From the human T2T-CHM13v2.0 reference genome, Homo sapiens: DNA of 64,000 bases. The stretch lies in NCBI RefSeq assembly GCF_009914755.1, contig NC_060925.1. One strand, given 5' to 3'. Shown piece after piece: positions 57,927-64,000 of this stretch. Position 1 is the first letter of the stretch; each line of letters opens with the position of its first letter. The notes beneath the pieces are model-generated. The model ran no database searches, was not told where the DNA came from, and was given only the letters and a program-made list of their open reading frames with translations. The translations under genes and the position numbers were made by a program.

Positions 57927-57974
<48 letters not shown>
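57927..57974. repeat. (TG)24 microsatellite
   Basis: Uninterrupted 48-bp TG dinucleotide run. Confidence 0.97.
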
Positions 57975-57976
<2 letters not shown>

Positions 57977-59514
57977 TGAGCCTGAGCAGAGTCTGATGAA
58001 TATGTGGACTTTCATTAAAGTTCTTCCTCATGTCCCATCTTTTGATCTCAGAAAGGAGCTGTGTCCCATTCATCTAGGCAGCCCTGCTCATGTCCAAAAA
58101 ATGTGTGAGTCAACCTCTGGCCCCTTGGGAGAAAGAGCCAGGGGGAAAAAGGCTACCTAGGCTGAGAAGTGTCCCCAGAGTAATCCGTTCCTTTGCGAGA
58201 CCCCCTACTAGCCCAGACTTCCTTGATGGCACCTGATATCTTATAGGCCCCCAAATCCTGCCACACAACTACAGCTTGTTCCCTGGAGGGGCTTCCCTGG
58301 CCAGTCCAGAATGCTCAATTTATGAGAGATCATTGGCTCACAGGGAGGAAGGGGATGGCTTAGGTAGGCCAGCCACCTTGCAGCAGAGCTGGGCAAGAAT
58401 TCAGGATTGGAGACTCTTATTAGTTTCCATCTTTCTTTTACAGAAGATGAACACTGAAGTCTTGGAACCCTGGGAATGAACCTGGAAAAATTCAAAATAT
58501 GGTCTAGTCTTAGGCAAGTTTCCTTGTCCGGCTCAGCTGCTGAGACCACATATCTGGACCCTCAGTGCCCTGGCAACAGCTCTGTGCAGGCAGGATGAAG
58601 CACAGGCTTAGGTCAAGCAATCAGCCGTCAAAATCCACACTCTCACCTGTGAGTGGCTGTTCAACCTTGAACATGTTACTTTTTATGTTAATGAAACTCA
58701 GTTTTCTAGTCCTATAAATTTGGGGCTATCATCAACCATTAAGTGATATTAAACCCAGTGCCACACAGGCAAGTACCTAGCAGTGTCCAAAGGCCCCCAG
58801 AATGACACTTTTTCATCTTTTCTCTTCCCTCCAATTGAAAGACTAGTGGAATATCTGCAATTACTTTGACCAAAAGCCAGAAGCCGGCCAGTTTGAGTGT
58901 AGCTGTTACAGCTTTGTGTTCTAAACCTAAGAAATGGGGACCCCTCACATGAGAGTGGGGAGGCTTCTGGATGTGCTACAAATTCCATTTCATTTTCATG
59001 AACTCCAGTGTTAATTAATAAAATCTCAAGGTTCTCCCCCCTCTTTCGCCTCACATTTCTTCAGAGAAATGAAGAGTTCCAACTCATAGCCCAAGTGCTC
59101 AGGTTTTAAATTAGACAACTTTGTCCTGACAGGAACCAAGTCACAGCTGTCATACCTGATTACTTTTAGAGTTACTACTAAACCCTTTGTATGGCATGAG
59201 CTGCCACTGTTCAAGGCAAACAGAAACACTTCACATTTTATCATGACAGCCCTGGATCTATCCACCTCCCCATGTTCATTATGCTCAGCCTGTCTTTGGA
59301 AGGGATGATGAGGCATCCTGAAAATCGTATAGTGAGGAAGGCAGACCCCATGGCCTGTCACTACAGCCTAGGGATTTTAAGCCCCTAAAGTGCAGCAAAA
59401 CCCACTGCCTCCAGGAAGCCAAGGAGAATTATTTCTGGGGGACATAGCTGCCTCATAGCCTACTATGAATGAACCATCATCTTTCATGAGAGGCAAACAT
59501 TGACCCTCAAGTAA

Positions 59515-59610
59515 CCAACCAATACGAGCACCTGTACACAAATGCCCACAGGTGTTGGCTGGGATTGGCTGGCTTGTGGATGATGTCACAGTTTCCCTCC
59601 TCTGACTCAA
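59515..59610 (+). promoter_or_regulatory. Candidate HMGB4 proximal promoter motifs
   Basis: CCAAT (59519-59523), inverted CCAAT (ATTGG, 59564-59568), CRE-like TGATGTCA (59581-59588) and AP-1 TGACTCA (59603-59609), 160-250 nt upstream of the ATG. Motif evidence only. Confidence 0.35.
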
Positions 59611-59770
59611 CAATGCCATCAGCACTGAAAAGGCTGAGCCCTGACTACAGCTCTTGCAGACAGAAAAATTCGCTGCAAGTACAGCACTTTCTAGATTGCT
59701 CCTGGAGTGTGGGAACAACAGTCTCTCCTGTCCACGTTACTGAATCCAGAAAAAAGGTGAACTTACGAAC

Positions 59771-60331
59771 ATGGGAAAAGAAATCCAGCTAAAGCCTAAG
59801 GCAAATGTCTCTTCTTACGTTCACTTTTTGCTGAATTACAGAAACAAATTCAAGGAGCAGCAGCCAAATACCTACGTTGGCTTTAAAGAGTTCTCTAGAA
59901 AGTGTTCGGAAAAATGGAGATCCATCTCAAAGCATGAAAAGGCCAAATATGAAGCCCTGGCCAAACTCGACAAAGCCCGATACCAGGAAGAAATGATGAA
60001 TTATGTTGGCAAGAGGAAGAAACGGAGAAAGCGGGATCCCCAGGCACCCAGACGGCCTCCATCATCCTTCCTACTCTTCTGCCAAGACCACTATGCTCAG
60101 CTGAAGAGGGAGAACCCGAACTGGTCGGTGGTGCAGGTGGCCAAGGCCACAGGGAAGATGTGGTCAACAGCGACAGAGCTGGAGAAGCACCCTTATGAGC
60201 AAAGAGTGGCTCTCCTGAGAGCTAAGTACTTCGAGGAACTTGAACTCTACCGTAAACAATGTAATGCCAGGAAGAAGTACCGAATGTCAGCTAGAAACCG
60301 GTGCAGAGGGAAAAGAGTCAGGCAGAGCTGA
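59771..60331 (+). CDS. HMGB4: High mobility group box 4 protein (186 aa); intronless CDS nested antisense in a CSMD2 intron
   Basis: Two HMG boxes (KPKANVSSYVHF...FKEFSRKCSEKW and PRRPPSSFLLF...GKMW...KHPYE), a basic C-terminus and no acidic tail. Sequence recognised as HMGB4, whose location inside CSMD2 is established. Confidence 0.97.
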   Translation: MGKEIQLKPKANVSSYVHFLLNYRNKFKEQQPNTYVGFKEFSRKCSEKWRSISKHEKAKYEALAKLDKARYQEEMMNYVGKRKKRRKRDPQAPRRPPSSFLLFCQDHYAQLKRENPNWSVVQVAKATGKMWSTATELEKHPYEQRVALLRAKYFEELELYRKQCNARKKYRMSARNRCRGKRVRQS

Positions 60332-60463
60332 TGGATCCAGTTTGAAAAAACAAAATGCCATTCAACCGTATTTCCTGTTCCTGGTCTCATGTGTGGCATT
60401 AGAGTAGCTGTGACTGATGCTTTGTGGAGGAGGGAGTGGCTTGGTAGAGGAGAGACTGATCCT

Positions 60464-60808
60464 GAGGAGGGGAACGGAGAGGACGGGAAGGGAAAGAAGG
60501 GGAAGGGAGGAGAGGGGAAGGGAGGAGAAGGGAAGGGAGGGGAAGGGAGGGAGAAGGAGTGGGATGGAGGGAGAGAAGGGGGAGGAGGGGGAGGGAGAGG
60601 ATGGGGAGAGTGAGGAGGGGAGGGGAGGGGAGGGAGAGGAGGGGAAGGGAGGGAGAGGAGGGGGAGAGAGGGGAAGGGAGGGAGAGGAGGGGGAGAGAGG
60701 GGAAGGGAGGGAGGGGAGGGGGAGGGAGGGAGAGGAGGGAGGGGAAGGGAAGAGAGGGGAAAGGAAGGGAAAGGAGGGGAATGGAGGGGAGGGAAAGGGA
60801 GGGAAGGG
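60464..60808. repeat. Polypurine (GGGA/GGAG) low-complexity tract
   Basis: About 345 bp, almost all G/A. 60612-60781 is 170 nt with no pyrimidine and includes a tandem 29-mer GGGAAGGGAGGGAGAGGAGGGGGAGAGAG. Confidence 0.95.
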
Positions 60809-62772
60809 CTGGCTTTGAGAGAAGTGTCAGCAGTAAACAAAAGGTGTGACTTGGGCCACTGGGTGGGAGCCTCCAGGTGTAAAGTAGCAGCAGTCATGGA
60901 GGTAGAAGCACCGTGGTTCTGAGTGGTGATCCAGGTGAGAGGACCCTACTCAGTGTCAGGTTCAGGAACATGACGTCTGACTCTGCTAAGCAGTGGCAGG
61001 ACTGGGAAGACTGCCAGGGCTAGAAGGCCTAGAGTTCAAGCTCACACTTGAGGCCCCAGGAGAAACATATGGCATCTGAGTTGAGACAGGCCTGAGGGAA
61101 CCCAGGATTTCCAGCAACACTTAGATACGCTCAGTGGGGCCAGGGTGAACTCCCAGGGGTGTTCCCTAATCAGGAGGAGGCAAGGGGCAGATTTTACCAA
61201 AAAAAAAAAAAAAAAGCAGGGGGCTGGGGAACCAGATCAATCGTTTTTCAGTGGATAGATGTATAATATGTGGCCTCCACTCCTCTTCCTCTTGTTCATA
61301 GCACTCTGACTCCCTTTCGTGACCAAGGCTGGATAAGAGGGCAGGATCGCCTTGGCCACAGTCATTGGCTCAGTGGTGGGCATGTGACCCAAGTTGGTCC
61401 TATCAGGGTGGACCTCTGGACCTGTGTAAGGAGTCCTGGGGGACACCGCAGTCCAGGGAATGTGGACAGCCATTTGCCATCTCATAGGGCCCAAGAAGGA
61501 GGCCGAGATGCTAGAATCCCTGTGGCATCAGAACAGTCTCCTAAACTTTTCATTGAAGATGAACAACACATTTCATTTTTTCCCTGAGATGGTTTGACTT
61601 AGGTTTTTTCCTACTTGACTATAATTTGACACAAATGGGATTGTGCTGTAAGTGTCTGTCTGGTAACTAGATTTTTCAGGCAAGAATATACTGTAGGCAA
61701 CATTCCATACCAATCAATAAAGATTGAAATGGAATATTTTGAAATGGTTCTTCTGACTTCTTGACATCAAAAATACTGGGCCAAAATGCAAAGCTGCTTT
61801 TTTGTCACCAGTTTATACATGCAACAGATCTCCCTAACTCCACCTCTAAGGACCCCTATTCCATGATAGAGGGACCTACACTTTCTACTCTACTGCGCTG
61901 AACAGTAAAAATACATATTTTTGAACAGTCTTTTAGAACTGCATGAGCCTTTAGGGGATGAGAGGTAATACAGTGATTTAGAAATTCAGGGTCTGGAATC
62001 AAACAGGTCATTTGTGGAGGATTTTCATGTGCCAGGCCATTTGCTGGGTACAGGGAGGCACATTACGCACTACTGCTAAGTTCCCGCCCTATAAAAAATT
62101 TCCTTCTGACAGGAGAGATGGACTTGGGCATAAATTGCAGCACTGCAAAGCAAGATGATGAAAGTGAATGCAGAAAGTAATGGGGGAGGGACTGGGGACC
62201 ACCCAGCAAGCCTGTGCTGCAGTCTTCATGAAGGAAGCAGCCTTATTCCACTTGACAACTTTGTAGGCATGCTGGCAAAATTCCCGTTCCGCATTCCCCA
62301 CAGCTGCTATTCCAACTTGGCTCTGCTTCTCTTCCCTCTCAGGAGACGCCCGCATTTTCTGCTTCATTGAGAAAATAGAGATCCTCAGATATAAGTGCTC
62401 TCAGTTTCCTTCATTCTTGAAATGTAATCCATACCAATCCTTTCCTCCTGGTCTCACCCCTCACGGAGAGCTATCCCCCTCCTGCTCTTCCTGCCCCCTC
62501 CCTGCCTCCCTGGGGCCCTTGCTCCTTACTATAAGGGTGCTGGCCCTCCAGCCTGTACACTCATACAAGTTCACTTGATGCCATGATATGGTGGTCCCCA
62601 CCTTAATGTTGGCAGAACTTAGGGCAAGTTCTCATTCCTCTGAGCCTCATGTTCTTATCTGTGCAAGGAGGATAATGCCTGCCTTACAGGTTGTTTTAGC
62701 AATTAACTGAGGTAATACATGTAAAAGTATTTGGCACAGTCCTAAATCTAATAGGTAATATAGCGGATATAC

Positions 62773-63370
62773 TCTAGGGTGGCTGTTCCATAATCCTTTC
62801 CTCCTTTCTTGGTGTTCACACCCTTGTATAATCCCCTCCTATTAAGTGTGGGCTGGACAGGTGACTTTCTTCTAACCCATAGAATGTGGCAAAGGAGATG
62901 GGATGTCACTTCTGTGATTATGTGATGATAAATAATACTATATATTGATAGCCACTTTGCTCTAGGGATTCTCCTTGCTGCTTGATGAAGTAAGTGGTCA
63001 AGTTTGAGAAGCCCATGTGGCAAGGAATGACAAGGAACTGTGGGAAATGTCTAGAAGCTGAGGGTGGCCTCAGACCATTAGCCAGTGAGAAACAGAAGTT
63101 CTCAGTCCACCAACCACAAGGAACTTAATACTGCAGCAGCCACACAAGTGGGTAGGTGAATCCTTCCCCAGTCAAGCCAGCAGATGAGAACTTGGCCCTG
63201 GCTGACCAAGGCCTGAAGCAATGCACACAGCTAAGCTGTTACTGGACTCCTGACCCCACAGAAACTGTATAAATGTAAGTTTAAAACTATAAATGTTTAA
63301 ACCATATGAGTGTATTTTGTTTTAAGCCACTAAGTCTGTGGTAATTTGTTACACAGCAATAGAGAATACA
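62773..63370 (+). mobile_element. MaLR solo LTR (MLT1E/F-like)
   Basis: 'cacacccttgtataatcccctcc...aagtgtgggctggacaggtgac' through 'ttttaagccactaagtctgtggtaatttgttacacagcaatagagaataca'. Confidence 0.85.
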
Positions 63371-64000
63371 TTACTCAATAAATGCCCTCTTCCTTATAAT
63401 TCTAGAAGAGACTGTCTTTAATCTTGTTTCTATCTCCAGCCTCTACCTTCCCCATTTAATTTCCTTTCCTTTGTTACCAATCTCTTGTTACCAACATCTT
63501 GAAGGTGGAGGGCCACCTCCCACCGTCCAGTGCTAATTAGATCCTGATTTGTATTACCCAGTAGTAGTTCCAGTTGGGTTGTCTTGTTTCCAGCCTGAAA
63601 TGTGGGCTCTTGGTGGGCAGCAGCTGTGTGATGTACCACACTCCTCTCTGGGAAGAGGGCCCCCACACAGCTAGGCCCCAGCTCTCATGCCACCCCTTTC
63701 TGGTTTCCTGTGTGATTAATTATGTGAATGTGGGTGGCCAAGTCAGAGTTTTGACAAGAGTTTGCAGTTCCCCTGCTGAAAACTAACTCCATTAACAGTC
63801 CTTTATGAAAAAGACAATAGGAGGGTCTGAATCTGCTGGCTTCTAATGACTGTAATGTAATGACAATGGAGAGAGAGGGAGGGAAGGAGGAGGAGAAGTT
63901 GGGGGAGCCTGGACCTAAGATAATGGGTGAGAGAAAAAGTAGATGGACAATCTGGTGTGGTGCCAGCATTCCAGGCCCACTCAGCTGGCCTCAGGTGCTC

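Noticed and set aside
60464-60808. Idea that the purine tract is the decayed acidic-tail coding sequence of an ancestral HMGB
   Set aside because: It starts 130 nt past the stop and is built from GGGA-type units rather than GAG/GAA/GAT codons, so simple-repeat expansion is more likely.
60247-60897. Pro-rich and Gly/Glu/Arg-rich ORFs on both strands
   Set aside because: Translations of the polypurine repeat, not genes.

Overview
Primate (human or great-ape) genomic DNA from inside the very large gene CSMD2, which lies on the minus strand. Five internal coding exons splice in frame through canonical AG/GT sites (113, 78, 88, 125 and 122 nt; probably exons 6-10). They encode the end of CUB2, a linker, Sushi2 and the start of CUB3. 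Nested on the plus strand are the intact intronless HMGB4 ORF (59771-60331) and a decayed HSPD1/HSP60 processed pseudogene. The rest is mostly interspersed repeats (old L1M, L2, MIR, MLT1, LTR33-like, MER elements) with only one monomeric Alu seen. The most unusual structure is a composite LINE-1 at about 24.9-32.6 kb. An older minus-strand L1PA, which carries a target-site duplication and a 44-bp 3' transduction, has lost about 4.7 kb of its middle, and a younger full-length plus-strand L1PA without a TSD sits in its place. The inner element has a mutated YY1 site. Its antisense ORF0 has an intact ATG and a phase-1 splice donor that would join the next CSMD2 exon in frame, or could end at poly(A) signals supplied by the outer element. 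These transcripts are predictions from sequence, not shown to be expressed. Repeat subfamily names and exon numbers come from recall of consensus sequences, and most repeat boundaries are approximate.
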